DNA of 57,330 bases from a virus (IMGVR_UViG_3300021963_000149:1-57330); one strand, 5' to 3'. Shown: positions 1-9,176, numbered from the stretch's first letter. Notes: a model not told the origin generated them from the letters alone. Made by a program: numbers and translations.

Positions 1-235
1 GAGTGCCTGGGTTCTCTGTATAACGACCAGAAACTTTTGTAGGACCAGGAAGACCAGCACCTCTCACATCACGCTCCAGTTGTCTAGAGCGTGCTTTGTT
101 TTCTGCTTTTGATTTATCACCACGTTGGGCGGACATAATTGCCATGCCACCTTTCTTTGACTTACTCATCACACGAGTGAGAGATGTTTCCTGAATAGAA
201 TAGCATTCTACTATAAATTCCTGAAAGGTTTTCAT
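1..235 (-). CDS. Hypothetical protein, truncated by window edge; N-terminus resembles a T4 capsid-targeting sequence
   Basis: Manual translation from ATG at 235: MKTFQEFIVECYSIQETSLTRVMSKSKKGGMAIMSAQRGDKSKAENKARSRQLERDVRGAGLPGPTKVSGRYTENPGT...; open to base 1; CTAAATA motif about 20 nt upstream. Confidence 0.8.
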   Translation of the reverse strand, partial: MKTFQEFIVECYSIQETSLTRVMSKSKKGGMAIMSAQRGDKSKAENKARSRQLERDVRGAGLPGPTKVSGRYTENPGT

Positions 236-253
236 TTTTATGAACTTTTTAGG

Positions 254-260
254 TATTTAG
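254..260 (-). promoter_or_regulatory. Putative T4-type late promoter (CTAAATA)
   Basis: tatttag on + strand, overlapping the upstream stop codon and just before the ATG at 235. Confidence 0.55.
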
Positions 261-2434
261 GCAACGAAAGAAATGAACTCACCAAGCAATTTCTTATTCA
301 GTTTTTTAGTTTTCAGAGATTTGACAAAAGCATTTTTGATTTGAGATTTAGTAGCATCCTCTGCAACATCAAACTCGGAATCCTGTGCTAGAGCAGTAGA
401 AGAAATACCAAAGTAAGCATCATATCCAGAATTAGTGATTGTAAAACTTCGAAGTTTCTTCCAATCATTCTGAATCTTTTCATACTGCTTATCCTCAAAG
501 TCATGATACATACGAATAAAACGATTAGCATCCCGACCAGGAAGAACACGAATACCAATAAAGTTCATTAACGGAAACTTATCCTTCAGATTACGAAGAA
601 GAACATCCGTAAAATGGAAGTATCCAGAGTCAATCTTATATGTGGTTCCAAGTTTGCGGTCACGAAGAAAAGTTTTGCCAGGATGAATACCAGAAACTCC
701 CAAATAGGGTTCAGAATCAAGATTACGACGCACTTCACGATGATAGGGAATGTGATTTGCCTCACCGTCAGTCAGCACAATGCAATGAACCTTCTGAAGT
801 TTATTCTCTTTCTGGAACTGTGGCAGAATTTCGTGCAAAGAAATCAATGATTCATTCAGAGGAGTGCCAGAAAGACAAAGCCGTGTGGGATAAGTATATG
901 GAGTGCTATAACTATTTGCAAAGCACAGAGCCAATCGCCATACATTCATCATCTGATGTTCCAGTTCTTTACCAGAAACTTTGCTGGTAAGAAGATTCAT
1001 CAAAGAAAATGCTTCATCAACAACAAGCACACCTTCTTTCTTTTCATAATGAGGAGTGCGGTCTGCAGCAGTAAATTTTCCAGTTACATAATCATACTCA
1101 CCACGGCGCCACTCACTAGTAAAAGCATAAACCTCAAACGGAATCGAAACTTTTTTGCAGAACCAAATCAGATTAAACAGTTGCTTACAAGTATCACCCA
1201 TCACTTGTTGCATAGAACCAGACCAGTCCAGAACAAACACTAGACCGTGATTCTTACCATCAGGAAGAATTGTGATTTTCTTAAAGAGGTCTTCATTAAA
1301 CTTATATGAATGCAGGCGAGCCGTATCAAGAACACCAGTGCGTGATGTTGCAGCACGAGCATAAGAATCTGCTGCTTTACGGCACTCAAATTCTTTAACC
1401 AAATAGTTGACTTCTTTCTGTGCGGATGCTTTAAACTTTTTAAATTCAGTATCTGCATTCAGAAATAAATCAATTGGAGGAAATCCTTTCTCTTCAGCAA
1501 TTTCTGTGTGAGACTTTTGTTGTTGCCTAAAAGCAGCATCAATATCAGCATGAACATCCGCATTCTTAGCAATGACAGTATTGAGATTTACTTTAGGAAC
1601 CTCAATATAAACATTTTCCAGACCATCCAGATTTACCAAATCACGAATCTTATCCTCCAAAGAATCAAGAGTCTGCACTTCAGGTTCATTATCAGACTGC
1701 AAAGAAGTTTGGTCTCCAGCAGAAGTCCCAGTTTCATCAGACTGCTCTGGTTTTGAGGATTGAGACTCACCCTCTTCTTCAGAATTGGGGTCTTCCTCTA
1801 CAGTGCTCTGTTGCTCTCCAGAATTTACCGACGAATTTTGTTGTTCCAAAGAATCTAGATTTGCAATCTTTTGCTTCTGTTCTTTTTCTTTCTTGCAATA
1901 CTTATAGAGTTCTTCAGCAGCAACCAACACATCTGCAAAAGTTTCAGTTTCTGCAATCAGATTGATAATTTCAGTTTCCTCACCACGCTGAATCGGAACA
2001 TTGATGTGATTACCAATCTTAAACCACAAATTTGCACGGTCAGCCAAATTAAAATTGGAAATATCTTCATCCTCCAGTTGGAAGAAGTCCTCATCGGAAA
2101 GTTCTTTATATCCATTAAAGAATGTCTTAGCAAGACCAGCATACCGACGCTTCATCAGACGCTCAATACGCGCATCCTCCACCACATTCACGAACTGAGA
2201 TGGAATCTTGTGTTCTTTCGACCAATCTTCATCAGGAGTATAGAGTGCATGTCCCACCTCATGCCCCACCAGCAGGTCATAAACAGTATCACTTGCCCTT
2301 TCCCACAGAGGCAGCGTCAGAACCCGTGTATGAACGTTAAAACAAGCAGTGGCAACCTTCTTGTGCTCTACCACAAGGTCTTCCGTGGCAAGCAGTTTAG
2401 CAAGTTGGGACTTGATTTCGTGACGGACGGACAT
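257..2434 (-). CDS. Metallopeptidase-like + vWA domain protein (CobT-like, usual partner of a CobS/MoxR AAA+ ATPase)
   Basis: HEVGH (HExxH) and VEDARIE motifs near the N-terminus, acidic linker, LDWSGSM MIDAS motif, SGTPL and LTDGEA vWA motifs; start taken at MSVRHE (2434), ORF track extends to 2461. Confidence 0.8.
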   Translation of the reverse strand: MSVRHEIKSQLAKLLATEDLVVEHKKVATACFNVHTRVLTLPLWERASDTVYDLLVGHEVGHALYTPDEDWSKEHKIPSQFVNVVEDARIERLMKRRYAGLAKTFFNGYKELSDEDFFQLEDEDISNFNLADRANLWFKIGNHINVPIQRGEETEIINLIAETETFADVLVAAEELYKYCKKEKEQKQKIANLDSLEQQNSSVNSGEQQSTVEEDPNSEEEGESQSSKPEQSDETGTSAGDQTSLQSDNEPEVQTLDSLEDKIRDLVNLDGLENVYIEVPKVNLNTVIAKNADVHADIDAAFRQQQKSHTEIAEEKGFPPIDLFLNADTEFKKFKASAQKEVNYLVKEFECRKAADSYARAATSRTGVLDTARLHSYKFNEDLFKKITILPDGKNHGLVFVLDWSGSMQQVMGDTCKQLFNLIWFCKKVSIPFEVYAFTSEWRRGEYDYVTGKFTAADRTPHYEKKEGVLVVDEAFSLMNLLTSKVSGKELEHQMMNVWRLALCFANSYSTPYTYPTRLCLSGTPLNESLISLHEILPQFQKENKLQKVHCIVLTDGEANHIPYHREVRRNLDSEPYLGVSGIHPGKTFLRDRKLGTTYKIDSGYFHFTDVLLRNLKDKFPLMNFIGIRVLPGRDANRFIRMYHDFEDKQYEKIQNDWKKLRSFTITNSGYDAYFGISSTALAQDSEFDVAEDATKSQIKNAFVKSLKTKKLNKKLLGEFISFVA

Positions 2435-2603
2435 GAATCTCTTTTCGTATGACACCATCATAAAACGAAAGGTCGCCTTTTGGACGACCCATGTGACGCT
2501 TTTTAAATTGGGCCAGTCGTGCTTTTGCCTGGCGCAATGCTTGCGGTTTTAGTTTTCGTTTTTGTTCTTTCTTGGAATGGTGCTTCCAATTTGGGACTTG
2601 CAT
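2397..2603 (-). CDS. Small basic hypothetical protein
   Basis: MQVPNWKHHSKKEQKRKLKPQALRQAKARLAQFKKRH...; ATG at 2603 preceded by AGGAGAG directly after the g46 stop; C-terminal tail overlaps the next gene and is less certain. Confidence 0.65.
   Translation of the reverse strand: MQVPNWKHHSKKEQKRKLKPQALRQAKARLAQFKKRHMGRPKGDLSFYDGVIRKEIHVRPSRNQVPTC
2462..2489 (-). terminator. Hairpin plus T-rich tract (terminator-like), followed by a TATGAT -10-like hexamer
   Basis: Minus strand GGTCGTC-CAAAA-GGCGACC-TTTCGTTTT, TATGAT at 2462-2457. Confidence 0.45.
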
Positions 2604-2616
2604 GACTCTCCTTGTT

Positions 2617-4329
2617 CTATGCCACCATACGCGAAAAACCTTTGATTTTCTCAAAGCGTAGGACACTTTCGAATTTGTCCTCCATACCCGTTTTATGAGA
2701 GATGACAAAGATGTTTGCGTTCTTAACCACATACCGAATGATTTTAAGAAACTCTTCGGTTCCTTGACTATCCAAAGAACTATCAAAGATTTCATCCAAT
2801 ATCATTAGATTGGTTGAGACTGAATTCTTAAACTTGGCAACCTCACGCCAAGTAAAAAGAAGTGCGAGGTCAATTCTTTGCTTTTCACCCTCACTAAAAG
2901 AACTGTAAGAAAAGTCCTCATGAATGGGTGATTGGACGGTTTCATTAAACTCCTCATCAAGTGTAAAGTTAATGTAGAAATCCATCATCTGAAGATAACG
3001 GTTTACTTGCTGATTAATCAGCGGGAGATACTTCTTAATGATTTTAGTTTTAACTCCACCGTCCTTTAATAATCCGTATGTAAAATCGTAGTATTTAATT
3101 TTGTCTTTTTGAGTTGCTAATTCTTCATACGTTTTTTGGAGATCTGTTTTAAAAGATTCTAACTTCTCATGTTCAGTATTTCTGTTTTCAAGTTGACTGG
3201 TAAGTGTTTGAATTTCACTTTCCAAATCTCTGATCTGTCTTTGGCATCCAGAGATTTTAGTATTGTTTTGAGAAATGTCATGCGTTAGTTTTGTTATCTC
3301 CTTGGATAGAGCAATGAATTGACGCTCTCGCTCTTCTTCCTCTTTAATTGCCTCTTCCAGTTCTTTATAACCAGATTGCAACTCCTTTGCTTTAGATTGA
3401 GCGTCTGTAATTTTATTTATTCTGAACTCTTCTTCAATGGACTGGGTGCAAGTAGGACAAACCGTATTCTCCGTAAAGAACTTATGCTCTTGCGTAATGG
3501 TTGATACTTTCTGAGAAATCTTACCTTTTAGATTTCCCAACTTACGCAATTTTTCTGTTGCCCCAGTGACAAACTCTTGCTCTTTAGTATATTTAAAAAT
3601 ATCTTCCTCTAGAGTGGCATTCTCCTTCATATAAATGCCAACTTCAGAATCTAAATTGGTAATCTTTTCGTGATTGGCATTTATCTTGGCATTTCCACGA
3701 TTCTCCAACTCCTCAATAAAGTTTTTCTGCATCTCAACTTTATCTTTGAGTGTTTCTTTCTTTAACTCATAGACTTTAATATCTTCCTTCAACATACGAA
3801 TCTTTTCCTTGATAATCGTATTCATAGAAGAAAAGATTTTAATATCCAACAAATCTTCAATTACTTCACGCCGATGAGCTGCAGGAAGTTGCATAAACGG
3901 AACAAAAGTGCTACTACCCAGAATCACAATTTGAGTAAAAGACTTATAGTTCATCTTCAGAACATTTTGTTCTAACCATTTTTGCTGGTCCAATGCAGCA
4001 GCAGATTGGTCAAGTGCAGCACCGTTTCTCCAAATTTCAAATACCGCAGGTTTAATTCCCCGCACAACTTTCCACTCAATGTTTCCAATTGAGAATTCAA
4101 CTTCAACCCTACAATCTTTCTCATTGGTAGAGTTTAAAAGTTGTGGTTTATTAATTTTGCGAAATGGTTTTCCAAACAAAGAAAAAGTCAAAGCATCCAA
4201 AACAGTGCTTTTACCAGCACCATTTGTTCCCACAATCAATGTAGTGGAATCTTTTTGAAAATTAATTTCTGTATATTGATTCCCTGTGGAAAGAAAATTT
4301 TTCCAGCGAATCTTTTCAAATAAAATCAT
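2617..4329 (-). CDS. g46: Recombination endonuclease ATPase subunit gp46 (SbcC/Rad50-like)
   Basis: Walker A GTNGAGKS, coiled coil with CPTC zinc hook, FSEGE signature, ILDEIFD Walker B, VISH; next to g47. Confidence 0.97.
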   Translation of the reverse strand: MILFEKIRWKNFLSTGNQYTEINFQKDSTTLIVGTNGAGKSTVLDALTFSLFGKPFRKINKPQLLNSTNEKDCRVEVEFSIGNIEWKVVRGIKPAVFEIWRNGAALDQSAAALDQQKWLEQNVLKMNYKSFTQIVILGSSTFVPFMQLPAAHRREVIEDLLDIKIFSSMNTIIKEKIRMLKEDIKVYELKKETLKDKVEMQKNFIEELENRGNAKINANHEKITNLDSEVGIYMKENATLEEDIFKYTKEQEFVTGATEKLRKLGNLKGKISQKVSTITQEHKFFTENTVCPTCTQSIEEEFRINKITDAQSKAKELQSGYKELEEAIKEEEERERQFIALSKEITKLTHDISQNNTKISGCQRQIRDLESEIQTLTSQLENRNTEHEKLESFKTDLQKTYEELATQKDKIKYYDFTYGLLKDGGVKTKIIKKYLPLINQQVNRYLQMMDFYINFTLDEEFNETVQSPIHEDFSYSSFSEGEKQRIDLALLFTWREVAKFKNSVSTNLMILDEIFDSSLDSQGTEEFLKIIRYVVKNANIFVISHKTGMEDKFESVLRFEKIKGFSRMVA

Positions 4330-4591
4330 GTCTTTCAGTCTTTGGAGGAACTACAATATCATTTGGAGTGATGACAGTATATTCATATCCATGAGATTCA
4401 CAGATTTGAACCATCATATCATCTTCAACCTCAATTACATGCATTTCTGGATAGTCTTCATCTTCTAACATCAGAGCATAACGAGTAGCATCATCTTCTT
4501 CTTCAAACAAATAGAGAACTTGTTCTCCCTCTTCGTTTTTAACAGAATAAGCTCCCTCATCTTCTTTACCCAACAGTGTTAGAATAAACAT
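4316..4591 (-). CDS. Hypothetical protein, DUF3110-like (cyanobacterial family)
   Basis: EG.YS...FEEEDDATRYALML...IVVPP pattern recalled from cyanobacterial DUF3110 proteins; start/stop coupled to g47 and g46. Confidence 0.65.
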   Translation of the reverse strand: MFILTLLGKEDEGAYSVKNEEGEQVLYLFEEEDDATRYALMLEDEDYPEMHVIEVEDDMMVQICESHGYEYTVITPNDIVVPPKTERHDFI

Positions 4592-5631
4592 TACACCAAC
4601 TCACACGCTTCCTGATAGATGTCTTGAATCATTTTTTGAATGATTGATTTTTCCAAATTAACTTCAGATTCCTCAATGTATCTATTTAAAATTGAAAGCG
4701 TATCTTCCGATTCAAATGCTTCAAAGTCTTCGTTTTCTTGAATTTGGAAATTCTCAATGACTTTTAACTCATTTACACCTGAACTATAAAGTTTGTCAAT
4801 GAATTTTTCAAACTTTTTAGAATCACTTTTTTTACGAACTACAACTTTAACAATTTTGTTTTCATAGTCGCGAGTGTCAAAAGTTTGATAGGAAGTATCC
4901 TCATAGTAGATATTATAGAACATTCTGTAAGGATTGTTAATAGGTGTATGAACACATGTTTCCGTATCAAAGATATGAAACCCGCGAGTGTCATTCAAAT
5001 CGTTCCAGAACATCTCATATGGATTACCAAGATAATAAATCTTACCATCATCTGACCGAGTATGATAATGTCCCGAGTAGACACGTTCAAACTTATTGAA
5101 CAATTTTGTATCCATCCCATCTTCCATCACATGACCACGATGAGCACGGAAACCATTCAGTTCCAAGTGTCCCATTGCAATCTTACATGAAGTCTTTTGA
5201 ATTAATTGTTTGGTTGTTTCAAAGTTCTCTTGATTAATCCAAGGTATAAAGAGAACTTTGAGTTTATCTAATTTAACTTCCTTTGGTTCGGGATATACTG
5301 TTACATTAGAATACTCACGAAGCAATAAATCTACAGCATTAACTTCGTTTGTATTCTTATAATATGCAGTATGATTGCCAACAATTGTATGAACCTGAAC
5401 TCCCATTCCTTGGAGACGGTCATAGTAATTATTTTTTGCCCATGACAGTGCTGAAAAGTCAATTCCTTTGCGACTGTCAAATGTATCTCCCATATCAATA
5501 ACCGCAGTAATTCCTTCCTGTTGTAAAGTAGGAAAGAAAATGTCATTATAGAACTTCAAAAAATACTCATGAAAAAGTTTTGAGTTCTTTCTTGCTCCAA
5601 AATGCTGGTCGGTGATAATGGCAACTTTCAT
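4591..5631 (-). CDS. g47: Recombination endonuclease nuclease subunit gp47 (SbcD/Mre11-like)
   Basis: Metallophosphoesterase motifs DQHFG, GDTFD, GNH, MGHLE, SGHYH. Confidence 0.96.
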   Translation of the reverse strand: MKVAIITDQHFGARKNSKLFHEYFLKFYNDIFFPTLQQEGITAVIDMGDTFDSRKGIDFSALSWAKNNYYDRLQGMGVQVHTIVGNHTAYYKNTNEVNAVDLLLREYSNVTVYPEPKEVKLDKLKVLFIPWINQENFETTKQLIQKTSCKIAMGHLELNGFRAHRGHVMEDGMDTKLFNKFERVYSGHYHTRSDDGKIYYLGNPYEMFWNDLNDTRGFHIFDTETCVHTPINNPYRMFYNIYYEDTSYQTFDTRDYENKIVKVVVRKKSDSKKFEKFIDKLYSSGVNELKVIENFQIQENEDFEAFESEDTLSILNRYIEESEVNLEKSIIQKMIQDIYQEACELV

Positions 5632-6126
5632 TCAGTAACGCAGTTTTGCGTGAACACTATCTTTAATGCTATTATAGTCGGCATGTCCGATTGAGTCAAC
5701 CCCATCATCAAAGAAAACTTCGTTGTATCCAGAACGCTCAAGGATTTTATTTTTGATTTCTAGTTGACGCTTCTCTCTTTGAATGCGGCGAAGGAATGCG
5801 TAGTGAATAATTTGAGTAAAGTATGCAAAAGGATTTTGTGACTTCTCTGGATTGAAGTTGTGAATGTACTGAACACAATTTTCAATACCATCAGAAATCA
5901 TGTCCTCTTTAAACATGTAATTCACAAAGTTTGGTTTGAAGGACAGGTGATTCGCAATCTTCAGGAAGCACTCTCCAATGTAGCGAGGAATGGGAGGTTT
6001 TGGTTTTCCTTGAATCTCTGCGATTTCTTTATCTTCACGATACTTGATGAGAGCAGCAAGAAACTCTTTATTGTTTACATAGTGCTCTGACCTCTTTCTT
6101 TTGGTCATGACTGCTGTAGATATCAT
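5632..6126 (-). CDS. g55: Late transcription sigma factor gp55
   Basis: HYVNNKEF, FVNYMFKEDMISDGIENC, NPFAYFTQIIHYAFLRRIQREK motifs; upstream of g47/g46; true start may be a few codons downstream. Confidence 0.96.
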   Translation of the reverse strand: MISTAVMTKRKRSEHYVNNKEFLAALIKYREDKEIAEIQGKPKPPIPRYIGECFLKIANHLSFKPNFVNYMFKEDMISDGIENCVQYIHNFNPEKSQNPFAYFTQIIHYAFLRRIQREKRQLEIKNKILERSGYNEVFFDDGVDSIGHADYNSIKDSVHAKLRY

Positions 6127-6150
6127 TAGTTTATCTCATAATATGTATGA

Positions 6151-6179
6151 ATTATACCATTTTTAAAAATAGTTGACAA
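6151..6179 (-). promoter_or_regulatory. Sigma70-type promoter for g55-g47-g46
   Basis: TTGTCA (6179-6174), 17 nt spacer, TATAAT (6156-6151) with extended TG motif. Confidence 0.75.
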
Positions 6180-6201
6180 GGTATTTCAAATCATGTACAA
6201 T
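6173..6201 (+). promoter_or_regulatory. Sigma70-type promoter, antisense to the uvsW region
   Basis: TTGACA (6173-6178), 17 nt spacer, TACAAT (6196-6201). Confidence 0.6.
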
Positions 6202-6229
6202 TACCTTTGTGGAGGTTGAAAGTCAGGTA

Positions 6230-6625
6230 TTAGCTATTCTTAAAGAGTTTTTCTAGAATCTCCTTAGCATCATTGACTGTAGAAATATATCCCATCTTAC
6301 GACTTAACTTAGGTTCATTTCTTTTGTCTTTGGATGACTGTCTTACAAATGATTGATACATTTCAATCATTTCAATATCACTTGATTCTGACATGGTTAA
6401 AACATCAGATAAGTCAAGAATAAACATATCATCTTTAGTTGTCTTTAACCAGGGTTCTAATTTATATCCTACAACACCAATACGAGATTTAATTTCATTC
6501 ACAATAATTGGATTTGTAATAATTAACAATGTTCTATCTTCTTCCTCAGAGGCAGCTACTTTGGCAAATATTTCTTCACCAGACTTGAGTTTGAGTGTAG
6601 CGTAAAAGTCTTCTTCAATTCCCAT
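6230..6625 (-). CDS. Conserved hypothetical protein (Sm-like N-terminal pattern)
   Basis: 131 aa ORF, ATLKLKSGEEIFAKV...PW pattern; occupies the uvsW-g55 interval typical of cyanomyoviruses. Confidence 0.75.
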   Translation of the reverse strand: MGIEEDFYATLKLKSGEEIFAKVAASEEEDRTLLIITNPIIVNEIKSRIGVVGYKLEPWLKTTKDDMFILDLSDVLTMSESSDIEMIEMYQSFVRQSSKDKRNEPKLSRKMGYISTVNDAKEILEKLFKNS

Positions 6626-8093
6626 TTTTTCCTAGTTGTATGGTGATTATGTCATAGTTAAAATTTTCTTCATTATAGATTTTAATTCTTTCAATGAGGT
6701 GATTTAAAGTGTAGTTTTTTCTTGACTTATAAGTACAATCATCAGAGATGTCGTAGAGGACTGCTTTAGTTTTATTTTTTCCTTTTCTAAGTACTCTTCC
6801 AATAGATTGTAAATTTCTAATTCGTGACTTACTGGGTGAAGCAAAGATAACATTATGGAGGTTCTTAATATTAATGCCAGTAGAAAAGGTTCCATAGGAT
6901 GCAACAATGATTGCGTTATTTTCCCTTTCTGTTATTTCTCTCACCAACTCTCTTTCTTCTGCATCTACACCACCATGAACAAAAAATACTTTACGGTCAT
7001 CTCGCTTATTTTTATTTATCTTTTCATAGAGTATTGCTCCATGTGCTTCAACGCGGCTAAAAAGTACAAGTGTGTTTCCTTTGAGATCTAATGTCAGATT
7101 TGTAATAAATTTATTTCGTTGCTCATGAGAAATTAAATATTGTATTTCATCTTCATATTTTTCAAATTTTTGTGGTGGATGTTTAAGAACAAGACATTGA
7201 ATATCTAATTGAGAAAGATGTCCTTGTCTCATCAGTTCTTCTGTTTTGGTGACTTTATATGATGGTCCAAACAGTCCTTCTAACACCCATTTATGCGTCT
7301 GTGTGCCGTCTAAAGTTCCTGTAAATCCAAAACGATACTTAGCATGATGAAGTTTAGTCATAATATCAATTAAAGATTTACTCTTGAAAAGATGTGCTTC
7401 ATCGCCTATAATGACTGAATAATCTTCAAAAAATGAACGTTCTAATTTATAGACTGATTGCCAAGTTGTAATCGTAACAGCATACTCATTTGTTTTTTCT
7501 TTTCCTGAATATATTCTGTGACAATATGACTCAGCATCCCAACCATAATCCTGGAAATCCTTGTACATCTGCTCTACAAGAGATGTCGTTGGAACAACTA
7601 AAAGAATTTTTTGTCCTTTACCCACATAATATCTTACGAGGGAATAAATCATCAACGATTTTCCGCTGGCAGTCGGGCTTATCAATAGTTTTCTATTATG
7701 CCTTAGAGCATCATATACTCCCTCTACTTGATACTGACGCGGGGCATGAGAGCAAATAGATTGCATGTAATCTTTGACACCCTCATATGAGATTCCTTCA
7801 TTAACCTCAAATGGTTGTCCGTAAAATTTATTATCTTCAAATTTATAGGTATAATTATATTGTTCACAAAAATTAACAATCTTGTCTAAGAGACCAACAT
7901 AGATTTGTTTAGACCTCATATCAAATAAATGAATCTCACCATTCCAATTTCTCTTTCTATATTGAGGCATGAACTTAGCACCGGGAACTTCAAACTTAAA
8001 GTGGTCCCTGAGTTCATACTCAATATGAGGTTCAGTATTGATTTTTAAAAATACTTCGTTAGATTTTGAGATAATAAGATCTGTTGTATTCAC
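6615..8093 (-). CDS. uvsW: SF2 DNA helicase UvsW
   Basis: SPTASGKS, DEAH, GFTGT, QSIGRVLR helicase motifs; follows uvsY. Confidence 0.96.
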   Translation of the reverse strand: MNTTDLIISKSNEVFLKINTEPHIEYELRDHFKFEVPGAKFMPQYRKRNWNGEIHLFDMRSKQIYVGLLDKIVNFCEQYNYTYKFEDNKFYGQPFEVNEGISYEGVKDYMQSICSHAPRQYQVEGVYDALRHNRKLLISPTASGKSLMIYSLVRYYVGKGQKILLVVPTTSLVEQMYKDFQDYGWDAESYCHRIYSGKEKTNEYAVTITTWQSVYKLERSFFEDYSVIIGDEAHLFKSKSLIDIMTKLHHAKYRFGFTGTLDGTQTHKWVLEGLFGPSYKVTKTEELMRQGHLSQLDIQCLVLKHPPQKFEKYEDEIQYLISHEQRNKFITNLTLDLKGNTLVLFSRVEAHGAILYEKINKNKRDDRKVFFVHGGVDAEERELVREITERENNAIIVASYGTFSTGINIKNLHNVIFASPSKSRIRNLQSIGRVLRKGKNKTKAVLYDISDDCTYKSRKNYTLNHLIERIKIYNEENFNYDIITIQLGKNGN

Positions 8094-8114
8094 GATGACT
8101 CATTCATCTATGAA

Positions 8115-8121
8115 TATTTAT
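8115..8121 (-). promoter_or_regulatory. Putative late promoter (ATAAATA) for uvsW
   Basis: tatttat in the uvsY-uvsW gap. Confidence 0.55.
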
Positions 8122-8559
8122 TTACCCCAGTCCAGCGTTAAATCTCATAAACTCAATTGCATTCTTAATTTGATATGTTCTGTTCTGTATCATTTTGAGA
8201 ATGCTTTCAATATATACCAGCATTGTGTCATAGTAATCAATTTTTAAACATACGGTTGAAAGTTTTTCATCCGCATCCAAATACTTTTGCATTGTATCTT
8301 TGTCACGAATTTTTTTAGGAAATGGATTTTCATAATATACATCTGGATCTGCTTTTCCAGAATAATATTCATATCGTTCGTGGCGAATATTTCTCTTTTG
8401 TTGCTCTGCTTTTTTTCTTAATAAAAAAATCGTATTATATAAATCAAAATATTTTGCATGAAGAACGGGGATGTTTAATGATTCGGTATGTAGATTATCG
8501 GGATCTATCTTTACATCTTTTTCCCACATTTCTTGAATTTTGTCAAGATCAATACTCAT
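8122..8559 (-). CDS. uvsY: Recombination mediator UvsY
   Basis: IPVLHAKY, EYYSGKA, YLDAD, RTYQIKNAIEFMRF motifs; synteny g3-uvsY-uvsW. Confidence 0.93.
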   Translation of the reverse strand: MSIDLDKIQEMWEKDVKIDPDNLHTESLNIPVLHAKYFDLYNTIFLLRKKAEQQKRNIRHERYEYYSGKADPDVYYENPFPKKIRDKDTMQKYLDADEKLSTVCLKIDYYDTMLVYIESILKMIQNRTYQIKNAIEFMRFNAGLG

Positions 8560-9107
8560 AATTTATTTCCAGATAAATCACTTATGTTATAAGAAGTATA
8601 CTTGAAACTTACATCTGCTGTAAAGTATTGAATGTCTGTATCTGTAGCATCGAAGGTTAATGTTGTCAATGAATATGGAAATAAGTCTTGAAAGTTCACA
8701 TTAAATTTAGCAACTAAATTGCTGCTTAAAATTTGTAGTGTTCCATCAGAGTAAATATTTTGTTTATCATTAACATATCTACCTTGGATTAAACCTTCCG
8801 ATTCTAAGTTTCTAAATTCCTGAACGCTTTCTGGATATCCTAAACCACGAATCCAGTTTTGAATTTCCATAAAGTTTTCAAGATTTTCATCTACAAGAAA
8901 TCTTAAATTTAAATCCCCAAATTCAATTTTATCTCCAGGTGTTGGAATATCGCGAAGATAGTTTGGTTGAACAGTTGTTCCAAGTGTTAAGTCTGGAACA
9001 TTTGCTTGATTACAAAAGAAAGCAACTTTTGGACTTCTTTTAAGATTGAATTTAAATCCTGTAGGAGAGAGAAAATTACGATTCTCTATCTGCGATGGTC
9101 CTGCCAT
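8556..9107 (-). CDS. g3: Tail tube terminator / tail completion protein gp3
   Basis: NFLSPTGFKF, PGDKIEFGDL, FLVDENLENF, tube-fold motifs; directly downstream of g23. Confidence 0.88.
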   Translation of the reverse strand: MAGPSQIENRNFLSPTGFKFNLKRSPKVAFFCNQANVPDLTLGTTVQPNYLRDIPTPGDKIEFGDLNLRFLVDENLENFMEIQNWIRGLGYPESVQEFRNLESEGLIQGRYVNDKQNIYSDGTLQILSSNLVAKFNVNFQDLFPYSLTTLTFDATDTDIQYFTADVSFKYTSYNISDLSGNKL

Positions 9108-9117
9108 TTTTTCTAAT

Positions 9118-9124
9118 TATTTAG
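9118..9124 (-). promoter_or_regulatory. Putative late promoter (CTAAATA) for g3
   Basis: tatttag between the g23 terminator and the g3 ATG. Confidence 0.6.
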
Positions 9125-9126
9125 AT

Positions 9127-9154
9127 AAAAAAAGAGGGTCCTTTTGGACCCTCT
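9127..9154 (-). terminator. Rho-independent terminator after g23
   Basis: Perfect 9-bp stem AGAGGGTCC/GGACCCTCT, 4-nt loop, T7 tract on the minus strand. Confidence 0.92.
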
Positions 9155-9176
9155 GGATAAACCATGTGAGGTTAAA

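Noticed and set aside
2604-2795. N-terminal extension of the 132-aa ORF (2397..2795)
   Set aside because: Overlaps the conserved g46 C-terminus out of frame; the ATG at 2603 has a good RBS
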